Shown piece after piece: positions 1 through 11,005 of a stretch of 64,000 nt of DNA. The position numbers and the translations under genes are program-made. Source of the stretch: Longimicrobiales bacterium (GTDB lineage Bacteria > Gemmatimonadota > Gemmatimonadetes > Longimicrobiales > Gaopeijiaceae); contig CAXXKM010000003.1 of assembly GCA_963664435.2 (NCBI GenBank), forward strand, positions 320,001-384,000, read 5' to 3'. The notes beneath the pieces were generated by a model. The model did no database searches. It saw only the letters and a list, made by a program, of their open reading frames with translations, and was not told the origin of the DNA. Within the stretch, counting starts at the first letter, position 1. Every line of letters starts with the position of its first letter.

Positions 1-536
1 AGGTCGCTGCCCACCGGAACGCCCGTGGCGAGACGCGTCACTCTCAGGTCCATCGGCCTGAGCCGACGTTCGATATACACCGCCGTCGCCTCGCCTTCAA
101 CCCGCGGGTTGGTGGCGAGGATGATTTCACGCACCTCCCCTTCCGCCGAACGGATGCGCTCGAACAGCGCCCGCAGGTTCAACTCCTCGGGCCCGATCCC
201 GTCCAGCGGGGACAGGCGACCGCCCAGCACGTGGTACACCCCCCCGTACCTTCCGGTGCGCTCCACCGCCCCGACATCGAAGCTCCCCTCGACCACGCAG
301 ATGGTGGAGGCGTCGCGGCGCGGGTTGGAACATATCGCGCAGAGTTCCTCGTCGCCGAAGTTTCCGCACCTGGCACAGGGACGTACGCGCTCCGCCAGGA
401 TTTCGACGGCGGCGGCAAGTCTCCGGGATTCTTCCGGGCCCGTGCGCAGCAGGTGATGCACCAGGCGGAGCGCCGTCCTGGGACCGACCCCCGGGAGCCG
501 GGAGAATTCGCCGGTGACCCGGTCGATCACCGACAC
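1..536 (-). CDS. recR: Recombination protein RecR (3' end runs off window)
   Basis: Manual translation from GTG 536: FSRLPGVGPRTALRL (HhH), CARCGNF..LCAIC zinc finger, YHVLGGRLSPLDGIGP, IILATNPRVEGEATA TOPRIM; follows dnaX-ybaB. Confidence 0.95.
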   Translation of the reverse strand, partial: MSVIDRVTGEFSRLPGVGPRTALRLVHHLLRTGPEESRRLAAAVEILAERVRPCARCGNFGDEELCAICSNPRRDASTICVVEGSFDVGAVERTGRYGGVYHVLGGRLSPLDGIGPEELNLRALFERIRSAEGEVREIILATNPRVEGEATAVYIERRLRPMDLRVTRLATGVPVGSD

Positions 537-605
537 CGAGGCTTCCCGCGCAAGTCTGCCTGACGCCCGCCGCCCGCCCGGTCGTCCGCCAGCGGGGACA
601 GGGTA

Positions 606-929
606 CTAGAAGAGTTTGGGAAGCTGTCCCGGCATCGGAAACCCGCCGGTCATCTTCTTCATCTCGCCCTCGTAGTGCTGGCGCGCCTTGTTCTGCGCCT
701 CCGCCAGCGCGGCGAGAACCAGGTCCTCGAGCATCTCGACATCGCCGGGATCCACCGCCGAAGGCTCGATCGTGATGCTCCGCACGGTGCCCTTGCCGTC
801 CACTACCGCGGTAACCATGCCTCCGCCGGAGGACGCGCTCAGCTCGTGGCGGTCCAGGTTGTCCTGAAGCTCGGTAACCCGGCTCTGCATCTGCTGTCCC
901 AACTGGATGAGCCGCTGCAGATCTTTCAT
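606..929 (-). CDS. ybaB: YbaB/EbfC nucleoid-associated protein
   Basis: SSGGGMVTAVVDGKG..DVEMLEDLVLAA motif; between dnaX and recR. Confidence 0.95.
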   Translation of the reverse strand: MKDLQRLIQLGQQMQSRVTELQDNLDRHELSASSGGGMVTAVVDGKGTVRSITIEPSAVDPGDVEMLEDLVLAALAEAQNKARQHYEGEMKKMTGGFPMPGQLPKLF

Positions 930-963
930 CGAGTGATTCTCAAGGCGAAGGTGTGTAGGCGCG

Positions 964-2796
964 CTAATCCACCAATTCGAGGTCGAATGCTTCTACCGCC
1001 CGTGCCAGGAGTGGTTCCCGCTCCACCAGCTCCTCGAGACGCTCCTGCCGTACCTGTTGCGGAGACACCGTGCGGGGTCCGGAAGGGCGCTCGTTCCGGC
1101 CTTCGCCGAAGTCGATCTCCGGCGCGTAGCCGAGCTGATCGGCCAGCGCCTTCCTGAGGGAAGGGACGGAGTTGGGCGGAAGGTCTTCGCGCGTCATGCC
1201 GTGAGGAAGGGCTACACGGAGTCCGCGCTCTCCCGCGTTCTCTACATGGGCGCCCCGAAGGACGGTGGTCAGGCCCCCGCGCAGCTTGCCCCGGCCCCTG
1301 GAAAGCAAGCGCGCGAACGCCGCGGCAGGATCCCCGTCGGCGGTGACGGAAGGTGTGACCGGCTCCGGGGCCGGCGAGGCGGCGACGGACGAAGCGTGCC
1401 GGGGTTCGCCGGGCCGGGGCTCGGAGGCGGCGAGCTTTGGCCCGGTTCCGGCCGGCTGAGGCCCGGATCCGCCGGGTTGAGGCCCGGAGGCGCGCCGGGA
1501 TGAGCCGGAGGCTGGTGGAGCGCTGGAGCCACGGTGTGCGGAGGCTGTTGCGCGTGTCGCCGCTCGCGGCTTGCTTCCGGCCTTCGGGCGGAACCCGGAT
1601 GCGGGTCGGGCCGGGGCCGGCTCCGGATCCGCCGCCGGCCGTGCGGGCGCGCCCCCGAGCCCCTCGATCAGGTCCTCGATGCGGACGGTTCGATCCAGGT
1701 AGCTCAGGCGCAGCAGAAGGAGTTCGACCAGTACGCGCGGCTGGCTCACCCGCTTCAGGCTTCCCTGGGACTCGAGATCGGCCGCCATCGCCAGCATGCG
1801 CACCAGATCGGCGGCTTCGAAGTCGCGGGCGCGTGCCTCCAGGGCGGCGCGGTACTCGCTTCCCGCATCGACGGATCCCTCGCCGTCCAGGCGGACCCGC
1901 AGGAGCAGGCGCAGGCTCTCCACCAGGCCGTGATAGAATTCCACCAGGTCGTATCCCTCGTCCACTAAGGCTTCGACGAAGGCGAAGACATCCCGGTGGC
2001 GGTGCCCGATGATGATGTCGAAGAGTTCGAGGAAGCGTTCCTCCTCGACCAGACCGAGCACCTCCCGCACCGACCGGGCCGCGACCTCGCCCTCGGTGAG
2101 CGCCAAAACCTGGTCGAGGAGGGACAAGGCGTCGCGCATCCCGCCATCGGCCTTGCGCGCGATGATGCGCAACGCTTCCGCGGAGGCCCGGGCCTGCTCG
2201 CTCTTGATCACCTGGTCGAGCCTGGCGACGATGTCGGCCACCCCGACGCGCCGGAAGTCGAACCGCTGGCAGCGCGAAAGGATGGGCGATGCGGACTGCT
2301 GGATGCGCTGGGGCTCGGTGGTGGCGAAGATGAACATCACCCGCGGAGGCGGCTCCTCCAGGATCTTGAGCAGGGCGTTCCAGGCCTCGCGCGTGAGCAT
2401 GTGCGCCTCGTCGACGATATACACCTTGAAGCGATGCTCGTCGGAGGGCGCGTACATCGCCCGCTCGCGCAGGCTGCGGGCGTCGTCGACGCCCCGGTTG
2501 GAGGCCGCATCGATTTCGACGACATCCAGCGATGTGCGGCCACTCCAGATGAGCGAGCAGCTCTCGCACGTCCCGCAGGGTTCGCCCTCGCTGCCTCGCG
2601 CGGGGCAGTTGAGCGACATGGCCAGCACCCGCGCCAGTGTGGTCTTGCCGACGCCCCGTGGACCGCAGAAGAGATAGGCGTGGCCGGCGCGCCCCGAGCT
2701 TACCGCCCGCCGCAGCGTCTCGGAGACATGTTCCTGGGTCGCCACCTCGGCGAAGCGCCGGGGACGGTACTTGCGGGCTAGCGCGGTATGGGACAC
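964..2796 (-). CDS. dnaX: DNA polymerase III subunit gamma/tau
   Basis: LARKYRP, GPRGVGKTT, EIDAASNRG, DEAHML, SRCQRF; Pro/Ala-rich linker. Confidence 0.97.
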   Translation of the reverse strand: MSHTALARKYRPRRFAEVATQEHVSETLRRAVSSGRAGHAYLFCGPRGVGKTTLARVLAMSLNCPARGSEGEPCGTCESCSLIWSGRTSLDVVEIDAASNRGVDDARSLRERAMYAPSDEHRFKVYIVDEAHMLTREAWNALLKILEEPPPRVMFIFATTEPQRIQQSASPILSRCQRFDFRRVGVADIVARLDQVIKSEQARASAEALRIIARKADGGMRDALSLLDQVLALTEGEVAARSVREVLGLVEEERFLELFDIIIGHRHRDVFAFVEALVDEGYDLVEFYHGLVESLRLLLRVRLDGEGSVDAGSEYRAALEARARDFEAADLVRMLAMAADLESQGSLKRVSQPRVLVELLLLRLSYLDRTVRIEDLIEGLGGAPARPAADPEPAPARPASGFRPKAGSKPRAATRATASAHRGSSAPPASGSSRRASGPQPGGSGPQPAGTGPKLAASEPRPGEPRHASSVAASPAPEPVTPSVTADGDPAAAFARLLSRGRGKLRGGLTTVLRGAHVENAGERGLRVALPHGMTREDLPPNSVPSLRKALADQLGYAPEIDFGEGRNERPSGPRTVSPQQVRQERLEELVEREPLLARAVEAFDLELVD

Positions 2797-2824
2797 GCGG
2801 GTTCAGCGGCGGGAGAAATGAGAA

Positions 2825-2923
2825 TGCCCCAGGTGAGCCGCAGCCACGATCGCCGCACGTACCGCTGCTGCCTGCACGGCCCTGACGGGGTTCGGTGGGT
2901 CTTCGCTCTGCGGACCTGGGGCA
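2825..2923 (-). ncRNA. ffs: Signal recognition particle RNA (small bacterial 4.5S type)
   Basis: Terminal stem TGCCCCAGG/CCTGGGGCA; helix-8 motif GTCAGG-GCC-loop-GGC-AGCAGC; usual position upstream of dnaX. Confidence 0.9.
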
Positions 2924-3035
2924 CGCAGCAATCTGGATTCGGGGGTGCCGCGCGTCAAGCGGAAGCAGGGTCGCGCGCAGCCGTTGCCGAACGCTCTCCG
3001 GCACTCGGGCGGATGGATCGATCCGGGGCCGGCGG

Positions 3036-3413
3036 CTACAGGCGCCACGCATCGGGGACATGCTCGATGCGCGGTGCTTCCGGCGGATCGCGCGTGGCGC
3101 CGAACCGGACCGCCACCGCGTCGAAGCGCAGCGACAGTCCCCGCAACCCCCCGCGGGCCCGCAACCACGCGCGGGCGACCTTGGCGATCTCGCCCTTCTT
3201 GCGTGCCGTGATGGCCTCGAGCGGGTGGCCGAAGCCATCTCCCCGCCGCGCCTTGACCTCCACGAAGGCCACCGTGCGCCCGCGTCCCACGATCAGGTCC
3301 ACTTCGTTGCGGCTGGCGCGATAGTTGCGCTCGAGCACGGTCCAGCCCGCGTCCTCGAGATAGCGCGCCGCCATGGCTTCGCCCTCGCGCCCCACCTGTC
3401 CGCCCGTCGTCAT
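3036..3413 (-). CDS. yraN: YraN family (UPF0102) putative endonuclease
   Basis: GREGEAMAARYL, ERNYR..EVDLI, FVEVK, RFDAVAV. Confidence 0.93.
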   Translation of the reverse strand: MTTGGQVGREGEAMAARYLEDAGWTVLERNYRASRNEVDLIVGRGRTVAFVEVKARRGDGFGHPLEAITARKKGEIAKVARAWLRARGGLRGLSLRFDAVAVRFGATRDPPEAPRIEHVPDAWRL

Positions 3414-3466
3414 GAATCAATGTGCGGGCGCAGCACGGGCGATGGAATGGGCCTGTGGGACCGCGG

Positions 3467-5131
3467 CTATTCAAGCATCGGGAGGCGGATTCCCTCGTGC
3501 CGGGCGGTCCGGAGGGCCACGGGATAGCCGGCGTCGGCGTGGCGTGCGACCCCGATGCCCGGATCGTTGGTGAGCACCCGTTCGATTCGTGCGCGCATCC
3601 CGGGCGTGCCGTCGGCGACCACGACCTGGCCCGCGTGCAGCGAGTAGCCGATGCCGACCCCGCCGCCGTGGTGGAAGGACACCCAGCTCGCCCCCGACGC
3701 GGTGTTCAGCAGCGCGTTCAGGATCGGCCAGTCGGCGATGGCGTCGCTGCCGTCGCGCATGGCTTCGGTTTCGCGGTTGGGGGAGGCGACGCTCCCGGTG
3801 TCCAGGTGGTCGCGGCCGATGACCACCGGTGCGCTTACCTCCCCGCTGGCCACCAGGTCGTTGATGGCGCAACCGAAACGCGCCCGCTCCCCCTGCCCCA
3901 GCCAGCAGATGCGCGCCGGAAGGCCCTGAAACGCGACCTCCTCGCGGGCCAGCCGGATCCAGCGGCACAGATGCTCGTCGCCGGAGAACATCTCCAGCAC
4001 CAGATCGTCGATGCGGTGGATGTCGGCCGGGTCGCCCGAAAGCGCGGCCCAGCGGAAGGGGCCCTTGCCCTCGCAGAACAGGTCGCGGATATAGGCGGGC
4101 ACGAACCCGGGATAGGCGAAGGCGTTCTTCAGCCCGGCCACCCGGGCGAACCCGCGCAGGTTGTTGCCGTAGTCGAACGCCACCGCCCCGGCCTCCTGCA
4201 TCGCGACGATGGCCGCGCAGTGAGCGCGCATGGAGGAGAGCGAGCGCCGCTGGTATTCCTCCGGGTCGGCCTCGCGCAGGTGCGCGGCTTCCGCGAGGGA
4301 GAGGCCGGCCGGGACATATCCGCCCAGCGGGTCGTGCGCGGAAGTCTGGTCGGTGACCACATCCGGGGTGACCCCGCGCGCCACCAGTTCGGGAAGGACC
4401 TCGGCGCAGTTGCCGACCAGCCCGACCGAAACCGCCCTGCCCGACCGCGCCGCGCGGCGCACCCACTCCAGAGCTTCGTCCAGATCGTGGGTCATGCGGT
4501 CGCAGTAGCGGGTCGCGATACGCCTTTCGATGCGCTCGGCGTCGACCTCGACGCACAGGATGGCCCCCTCGTTCATGGTGGCGGCGAGCGGCTGTGCTCC
4601 GCCCATGCCTCCCATCCCCCCGGTCAGCACCCAGTTGCCGCGCAGAGACGCCCCGAAGTGCTTGCGGGCGAGCGCGCCGAAGGTCTCGTAGGTGCCCTGC
4701 AGGATGCCCTGGGTGCCGATGTAGATCCACGACCCCGCGGTCATCTGCCCGAACATGATGAGGCCGCGCCGCTCCAGTTCCCGGAAGTGCTCCCAGGTCG
4801 CCCAGTTGCCGACCAGGTTGGCGTTCGCGATGAGGACGCGTGGCGCCTCGGCGTGGGTGCGGAAGACCCCCACGGGCTTTCCGGACTGGACGAGCAGGGT
4901 TTCGTCGTCGGCAAGGTCGCGAAGGGTGCGCACGATGGCGTCGAAGGCGTCCCAGGAGCGCGCCGCCCTGCCCGTGCCGCCGTACACCACCAGGTCGTCG
5001 GGGGCTTCCGCGACCTCGGGATCGAGGTTGTTCATGAGCATGCGCAGAGCGGCCTCCTGGGTCCAGCCGCGGCACGAGATGCGCGCGCCCCTCGGGGCCC
5101 GCACGGTGCGGGTCTGCTGCGTACGGGTCAT
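3467..5131 (-). CDS. hutU: Urocanate hydratase
   Basis: [37 protein letters not shown]. Confidence 0.97.
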   Translation of the reverse strand: MTRTQQTRTVRAPRGARISCRGWTQEAALRMLMNNLDPEVAEAPDDLVVYGGTGRAARSWDAFDAIVRTLRDLADDETLLVQSGKPVGVFRTHAEAPRVLIANANLVGNWATWEHFRELERRGLIMFGQMTAGSWIYIGTQGILQGTYETFGALARKHFGASLRGNWVLTGGMGGMGGAQPLAATMNEGAILCVEVDAERIERRIATRYCDRMTHDLDEALEWVRRAARSGRAVSVGLVGNCAEVLPELVARGVTPDVVTDQTSAHDPLGGYVPAGLSLAEAAHLREADPEEYQRRSLSSMRAHCAAIVAMQEAGAVAFDYGNNLRGFARVAGLKNAFAYPGFVPAYIRDLFCEGKGPFRWAALSGDPADIHRIDDLVLEMFSGDEHLCRWIRLAREEVAFQGLPARICWLGQGERARFGCAINDLVASGEVSAPVVIGRDHLDTGSVASPNRETEAMRDGSDAIADWPILNALLNTASGASWVSFHHGGGVGIGYSLHAGQVVVADGTPGMRARIERVLTNDPGIGVARHADAGYPVALRTARHEGIRLPMLE

Positions 5132-6699
5132 GAGCCTCCTCCTGCGCCTCGGGTGATGCCGGCGATGGCGCCCGAGGCCACCAGGTCGGCGAGGGCCTCC
5201 AGGTCCGCGGTCAGCGACCGGTCGCCCGCCAGCGTCGCAACCCGCGAGCGGACGAGTGCGTGAACCTCTTCGACCGCGTCACTCGAACGCAGCGGACGGC
5301 GGTAGTCGATGCCCTGCGCCGCGCACAGGAGTTCGGCGGCCAGGATGCGTTCCAGGCAGGACACCGCCCGCCGCGCCTTGCGCGCGGCCGCGAGCCCCAT
5401 GGCGACGTGGTCTTCCTGGCCGGCGCTGGTCGGCACCGAGTCGACGCTCGCCGGGTGGGCCAGGACGCGCATCTCCGAAAGCAGGTCGGCGACCACCACC
5501 TGCGCGACCATCAGGCCGCTCTCCAGCCCCGGGCGACGGGCAAGAAACGCGGGCAGCCCGAGCGACAGGTCGGGGTTGATGAGCCGCTCGACGCGGCGCT
5601 CGCACATGGACGCCACGTCCGCCACCGCGATCGCGAGCAGGTCGAGTGCCTGCGCCACGATCTGGGCATGGAAATTTCCTCCGGAGAGGACTTCGCGGGA
5701 TTCGCCGGAACGCCCTTCCGCCACCGGGAACACGAGGGGATTGTCGGTCGCGCTGTTCACCTCCACCTCGAGGATGCCGCGCGCATGGCCGAGTGCGGCG
5801 CGGGCCGCCCCGTGCACCTGCGGGATGCAGCGGAGCGAGTAGGCGTCCTGGACTCGCGGGTCTCCGACCCGGTGCGACTCCCGAATCTCGGATCCCGCAA
5901 TGAGCGCGTGCAGACGGGCGGCGGATACCGCCTGCCCGGCGTGGGGGCGCGCGGCCTGGATCTCCGGCCGGAACGCCTCGGGCGTCCCCAGGAGGGCTTC
6001 CACCGACATCGCGCCGCTCGCCTCGGCCGTGTCCAGCGCCCGCTCCGCGGCCAGGAGCGCCAGAACCCCCAGTGCGGTGGTCGCCTGGGTTCCGTTGATG
6101 AGCGCGAGGCCCTCCTTCGGTCCCAGTTCGATCGGCGCCAGGCCGACGTCGGCAAGGATTTCGTCCATGGCACGCTGCTCGCCGCCCATTTCGGCCTGCC
6201 CCGCACCCAGAAGGCTCAGGGCGACGTGCGCCAGGGGAGCCAGATCGCCGCTCGCACCGACCGACCCGAACTCCGGGATGACGGGGTGGATGCCGCGGTC
6301 GAGCATGTGCAGCAGGCGCTCTACGAGCCTGGTGCGGCACCCCGAATGTCCGCGGGCCAGAGCGTTGGCGCGCAACAGCATGATGGCGCGCACGCACTCG
6401 CGCGGGAGGGGCTCGCCGACGCCCGAGGCGTGGCTGCGAATGAGATTGTGCTGCAGGGCGCTCCGGTCCTCCGGGGCAATCACCACCTCGGCGAGACGCC
6501 CGAACCCGGTGGTCATGCCGTAGACCGGCTCCCCCGAGCCGATCAGCCGGTCGATCGTCGCCCGGGAGGCCCGCATGCGCCCGGCGGCGGCGGCGTCCAG
6601 AAAGAGGTGCGGCGTGCCGGGGGCCGCGCGCGCCACTTCCTCCACCGCCTCAAGCGTGAGCGAATGTCCGTCGATCGGGATCTCGGTCGGGGCGTCCAA
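5128..6699 (-). CDS. hutH: Histidine ammonia-lyase
   Basis: [15 protein letters not shown] motif, [22 protein letters not shown]. Confidence 0.96.
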   Translation of the reverse strand: MDAPTEIPIDGHSLTLEAVEEVARAAPGTPHLFLDAAAAGRMRASRATIDRLIGSGEPVYGMTTGFGRLAEVVIAPEDRSALQHNLIRSHASGVGEPLPRECVRAIMLLRANALARGHSGCRTRLVERLLHMLDRGIHPVIPEFGSVGASGDLAPLAHVALSLLGAGQAEMGGEQRAMDEILADVGLAPIELGPKEGLALINGTQATTALGVLALLAAERALDTAEASGAMSVEALLGTPEAFRPEIQAARPHAGQAVSAARLHALIAGSEIRESHRVGDPRVQDAYSLRCIPQVHGAARAALGHARGILEVEVNSATDNPLVFPVAEGRSGESREVLSGGNFHAQIVAQALDLLAIAVADVASMCERRVERLINPDLSLGLPAFLARRPGLESGLMVAQVVVADLLSEMRVLAHPASVDSVPTSAGQEDHVAMGLAAARKARRAVSCLERILAAELLCAAQGIDYRRPLRSSDAVEEVHALVRSRVATLAGDRSLTADLEALADLVASGAIAGITRGAGGGS

Positions 6700-6706
6700 T
6701 AATCGG

Positions 6707-8062
6707 CTACATCAGGAGGGCGGTGGCGAGGCCCAGCAGGAGCATGAAGCCCAGGAAGTCGGTCGTCGTATGCAGAAAGACCGAGGATGCGACCGCCGGA
6801 TCGAATCCCATGCGGTGAAGCAGCATCGGGATGAAGGCCCCGCCGAATCCCGCCATCAGCATCGTGCCCCACATGGAGACCAGCACGACCAGCCCGAGAC
6901 GCGGATCGCCTCCCGGCACCAGCAGGCTCGCGCCGGCCACGATGCCTCCGAGCACGGCCCCGTTAACGAGCCCCACCAGGACTTCCTTGCCCACCACCGC
7001 CCGGGGGTCGGCGCCCACATCGTCGCGCAACGCCAGCCGCCGGACCGTCACCGCCAGGGCCTGCGACCCCGCATTCCCGCCCATCCCCGCGATCACGGGC
7101 ATGACGACCGCGAGGATTACGGCGCTCTCCACCGTATCGGAGTAGAAATACACGACCAGAGCGGCCGCGGTCGCGGTCAGCAGGTTCAGCACCAGCCACG
7201 GAAGACGGGTCCGCACCGCCGCCACCCAGCTCGCCCCCAGCGACTCTTCGTCCGAGACCCCGCCGAAGCGCAGGATGTCTTCGGTCTGCTCGGCCTCCAT
7301 GACATCGAGCACGTCGTCGAAGGTGATGCGGCCGACGAGCCTTCCCCGAGGCCCCACGACCGGCAGGGTGGGCAGGTTGTAGCGAGCCATGAGGCGCCCC
7401 ACCTCCTCCTGGTCCTCGTCCGGGCGCACCGCCGCGACCACGGGCTCGACCAGCGACGATACCGGGTCGCCCGGTTCGGCCAGGATGAGATCGTCGAGGG
7501 GGACGGTTCCCATCAGCCGCTCGCCGCCGTCCACCACGTAGACGGTGTAGAAGTCCTCCACCTCCCTGCCCTGCCGGCGAACCTCCTCGATGGCCTGGCC
7601 GGCGGTGAGGGTCTCGCGCACCGAGACCAGCGCCGCGGTCATGATGCCGCCCGCGCTCTCCTCCGCGTAGGCGAGCAGTTCGCGGATCTCGCCGGCCTCT
7701 TCGACGGGCATCTCCGCCAGAATGCGGGCCCGCTCCTCGGGCTGCAGGTCGGCCACCAGGTCGGTGGCGTCGTCGTCGGCGAGCTCGCTCAGGAGCTTCG
7801 CGCCCCGGTGCGGGGTCATCGCCGCGAGCAGGTCCGCCGCGCGCTCGTCCTCCTCCATCTCGGCCAGGGTCTCGGAGGCCAGCTCGGCGGGGAGCGCGCG
7901 CAGGACCACCAGGCGGTCGGCGTCCGAGAGCGACTCCAGGACGTCGGCCACATCCGAGGGATGAAGCTTCGCCAGGGTATGGTTCGCCTTCGCGATCTTC
8001 CCTTCGGCGATCGCGGCCAGCAGAACCTCCTTGCGGAGTGCGAGCGACTCTTGCGACGACAC
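6707..8062 (-). CDS. mgtE: Magnesium transporter MgtE
   Basis: LHPSDVAD N-domain, SAGGIM CBS pair, RLPWL, GMGGNAGSQ, DPAVAS; start set at GTG 8062. Confidence 0.93.
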   Translation of the reverse strand: MSSQESLALRKEVLLAAIAEGKIAKANHTLAKLHPSDVADVLESLSDADRLVVLRALPAELASETLAEMEEDERAADLLAAMTPHRGAKLLSELADDDATDLVADLQPEERARILAEMPVEEAGEIRELLAYAEESAGGIMTAALVSVRETLTAGQAIEEVRRQGREVEDFYTVYVVDGGERLMGTVPLDDLILAEPGDPVSSLVEPVVAAVRPDEDQEEVGRLMARYNLPTLPVVGPRGRLVGRITFDDVLDVMEAEQTEDILRFGGVSDEESLGASWVAAVRTRLPWLVLNLLTATAAALVVYFYSDTVESAVILAVVMPVIAGMGGNAGSQALAVTVRRLALRDDVGADPRAVVGKEVLVGLVNGAVLGGIVAGASLLVPGGDPRLGLVVLVSMWGTMLMAGFGGAFIPMLLHRMGFDPAVASSVFLHTTTDFLGFMLLLGLATALLM

Positions 8063-8079
8063 GGTGTCCGGTCCGGAAA

Positions 8080-8577
8080 TCAGGGCGGGTTCGACGAGGC
8101 GCGAGAATTCTCGCGCGACCCGTCCCCGGCGGCAAGCACCCGCTCCACCAGCGCTTCCTGGCGGCGGAAGAAGTCGCTCGCGAAGCGATCCTCCTCGGGG
8201 TGGTCGTACCCCATTGCGTGAAGGGTCCCGTGGATCGCGAGCCGCACCAGCTCTTCGTGCGCGCACAGGCCGAGTTCGGCCGCCTGGCGCAGGGCCTGCG
8301 GGTATCCGATGTAGATGTCGGCCAGCAGGGGCTCGCCCGGACCGTGCAGGGCGAACGAGATCACGTCGGTGACGCGGTCGCGGTCGAGGTAGTCGCGGTT
8401 CAGGTCCCGGATGCGGTCGTCTCCGACGAGGGTGAGCGAGATCTCGCCGTGCTTCGTTCCCTCGTCCGCGAGCGTCGCGCGTACTGCCCGGGCAAGGTCC
8501 AGCCGGGTTTGCGCACATGCCCCCGCTTCGACGGCGGCCGCGAAGTCGACATCGACCAGCACCTCGGGCCCGGTCAC
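8080..8577 (-). CDS. ybeY: rRNA maturation endoribonuclease YbeY
   Basis: LNRDY..TDVISF, IHGTLHAMGYDH; start GTG 8577. Confidence 0.94.
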   Translation of the reverse strand: MTGPEVLVDVDFAAAVEAGACAQTRLDLARAVRATLADEGTKHGEISLTLVGDDRIRDLNRDYLDRDRVTDVISFALHGPGEPLLADIYIGYPQALRQAAELGLCAHEELVRLAIHGTLHAMGYDHPEEDRFASDFFRRQEALVERVLAAGDGSRENSRASSNPP

Positions 8578-8593
8578 GGTTCCCCGGGGGGAA

Positions 8594-11005
8594 TCAGGCG
8601 GTGGGGGAGGACGGGGCGGCCGGGTCCTCCGCGGCCGCGGCCGGATCGTCATCGTCGCCGGCCAGCGCGGCTCCGTCGTCATTGTCGGCCGAGATGGGTC
8701 CGTCCTCATTGTCGGCCGAGATGGCTCCGTCCTCATCGCCGGCCGAGACGGCTCGGTCCTCATCGTTGCCGGGCGTGGCGGAAGCGTCCACACCGCCGCG
8801 GGGCGGTGCGGCGTCAGCGGCGGGATTGCTGATGTGCTCGGTTTCCGGGTAGTCGACGCGGCGGTGATACATCGCCTCCAGCACCGTCGCAAACTGCTCC
8901 TTCACGAGCGAGATATGAGCGAAGGTGAGCGGCGCCTCGTCCAGCTGGCCCTCGGCCACGCGGCTGTCGACGATCGCGTCGATCATGGCCCGGATGCGCT
9001 CCGGGGTTGGATCGCGCAAGGTGCGCGACGCCGATTCCACGGGGTCCGCCAGGAGCAGCACCGCGGTCTCCCTGGACTGCGGCTTCGGCCCGGCGTAGTG
9101 GAACTCGGTTGCGTCGACGTCCTCTCCCCCGGCCTGCTCCAGCGCCTTGCCGTAGAAGTAGCCGATGCGCTGGGTGCCGTGGTGTTCCGCGATGAAGGCG
9201 GAGATGGCTGGCGGCAGCTTTTCCTGGCGGGCGAGCCGGAGTCCCTCGACCACGTGGCGACGCAGGATGGCCGCCGAGATGGACGGCTCCAGCCGGTCGT
9301 GCGGGTTGACGCCCCCGTGCTGATTCTCGATGAAATACTGCGGCTCGAGCACCTTGCCGACGTCGTGGTAGTACGTGCCCACCCGGCACAGAAGGCCGTT
9401 GGCGCCAATGGCGGTGCCCGCCGCCTCCGCCAGGTTGGCCACGTTGATGGTGTGGGCGTAGGTCCCGGGGGCCTCCATCGACAGGCGCTTGAGCAGCGTG
9501 CGGTTGGGATCCGCGAACTCGAGCAGGGTCTGATCGGTGGTGACGCCCGTGAACCATTCGAAGGCGGGCACGAAAAGGAGCGCCAGGCCCGCGCTCACGA
9601 TGGCGTTTCCGGTGGTCCAGCCGATGGAGGGGAGCACCCCCGCGGCGGGCTGCATCCGGCTGAGCCACAGAGAGAGCGTGACGCAGGCGTAGGATGCCGC
9701 GATGATCGCGATGAAGGTCCAGCTCTGCGAGCGCCGGCGCACCACGCCTACGCTGAGCGCCGCCGCCCCCCCGCCGACCATGGTGGTCAGCATCACGCCC
9801 ACGCCCTGGAACGGCGTCAGCGACGCGGTGACGGCCGCCAGCACCAGCGCAAGCATGAGCGCGAGGCGTCCGTCCCACACCACCGCCACCGAAAGCGTCA
9901 CGAAGGCTATGGGGAGCAGCTCGGGCGGGAAGATGGCGACCCGGGAAATGACGATTGCGGAAGCGAAGTAGGTGGCCAGCAACAGGGCCAGGAGCAGCAT
10001 CCAGCGGAAGTTGGTGTACACCTCGCCGCGATAGGCCCAAAGCACGATCCAGAGCATCCCGAGCAGCAGCACCTGAAGGAGGTATACCCCGAGGGACGGC
10101 AGGAACCCCGTGGCGCTGGCGCCGAGCAGCCCGAGGGTGCGCAGCTGTTGCTCGTAGGCGCGCAGGCGGACCAGGTCTTCCTCCGTGACCTGCTGGTTTG
10201 CGCGCAGGATGGCCTCGCCGGCAAGCACGTTGCCGCGCGTGGTGACGACGGACTGGCGGGCGGCCGTGCGTCCGGCCGCCGTGGCTTCCTGGTTGGGCAG
10301 GTAGCTGAACTCGCGGAAGCGGATGAGCAGCAGACGCAGGATTTCGGTCGCCTCCGGGGAAGCATCCGGGGGGAGCAGTTCCACGGAGCGGTTGTACAGG
10401 TCGGTGGCCGTAAGCAGCCCCGCGGCCGGGACGAACCGTTCGCCGCCCTCCTCGAGTACCGTGATGCGGTCACCCAGGTAGTCCCGCGTCGTCGCGTCGA
10501 CGACACCGCCGGGGATGAGCTCCCGCGCGGCGCGCAGCCCGGCCCAGTGAATGGCTTCGCGGACTGCCGGGTCGCGCAGCATCTCCACCAGCGCCGGCGT
10601 TGCGGCGATGTTCTCCGCCGCGAGTACCGAATCGAGCGCGGCCGGCTCCCGCCCCAGGATCTCCTCGACCGTGGCGAAGAAGCGGTTGAGGGCGTCGGCG
10701 GTGGAATCCCCCGCCTCCGGACGGTAGCGGTAGATCATCGGCACGGCGGCGACCGCGGCGGCCCGGTCGCGCTCCAGCTCGGTCGCGGACTTTGGAACCG
10801 CGAACTCGACCTCGGCGATCAGGTCGTCGGTCGCAACCACCCCGGCCTCGTAGCCGCTCACGTCGGCGACGCGAGGGTTGGGCGGGAACCCGACGGCCAC
10901 GATGAGAGCGAGTCCGAGGAGCATCGCGACGCGCACGCCGTGGTGCACGACCGCCTCCGGCCACAGGCGCTCGGGCGGGCTCGAAAGGACGCGCCAGAGC
11001 TTCAC
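8594..11005 (-). CDS. 7TM-HD (HDIG) phosphohydrolase, PgpH-like cyclic-di-AMP phosphodiesterase family
   Basis: Extracellular domain, several TM helices, APGTYAH, YYHDVGK, FIENQ, EHHGT, LLAD; phoH-HD-ybeY synteny. Confidence 0.88.
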   Translation of the reverse strand: MKLWRVLSSPPERLWPEAVVHHGVRVAMLLGLALIVAVGFPPNPRVADVSGYEAGVVATDDLIAEVEFAVPKSATELERDRAAAVAAVPMIYRYRPEAGDSTADALNRFFATVEEILGREPAALDSVLAAENIAATPALVEMLRDPAVREAIHWAGLRAARELIPGGVVDATTRDYLGDRITVLEEGGERFVPAAGLLTATDLYNRSVELLPPDASPEATEILRLLLIRFREFSYLPNQEATAAGRTAARQSVVTTRGNVLAGEAILRANQQVTEEDLVRLRAYEQQLRTLGLLGASATGFLPSLGVYLLQVLLLGMLWIVLWAYRGEVYTNFRWMLLLALLLATYFASAIVISRVAIFPPELLPIAFVTLSVAVVWDGRLALMLALVLAAVTASLTPFQGVGVMLTTMVGGGAAALSVGVVRRRSQSWTFIAIIAASYACVTLSLWLSRMQPAAGVLPSIGWTTGNAIVSAGLALLFVPAFEWFTGVTTDQTLLEFADPNRTLLKRLSMEAPGTYAHTINVANLAEAAGTAIGANGLLCRVGTYYHDVGKVLEPQYFIENQHGGVNPHDRLEPSISAAILRRHVVEGLRLARQEKLPPAISAFIAEHHGTQRIGYFYGKALEQAGGEDVDATEFHYAGPKPQSRETAVLLLADPVESASRTLRDPTPERIRAMIDAIVDSRVAEGQLDEAPLTFAHISLVKEQFATVLEAMYHRRVDYPETEHISNPAADAAPPRGGVDASATPGNDEDRAVSAGDEDGAISADNEDGPISADNDDGAALAGDDDDPAAAAEDPAAPSSPTA
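8648..8770. repeat. 27-bp imperfect tandem repeat (~4.5 copies) in the acidic tail of the HD protein
   Basis: Unit CGTCCTCATTGTCGGCCGAGATGGCTC; 9-aa repeat of the EDGAISADN type. Confidence 0.8.
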
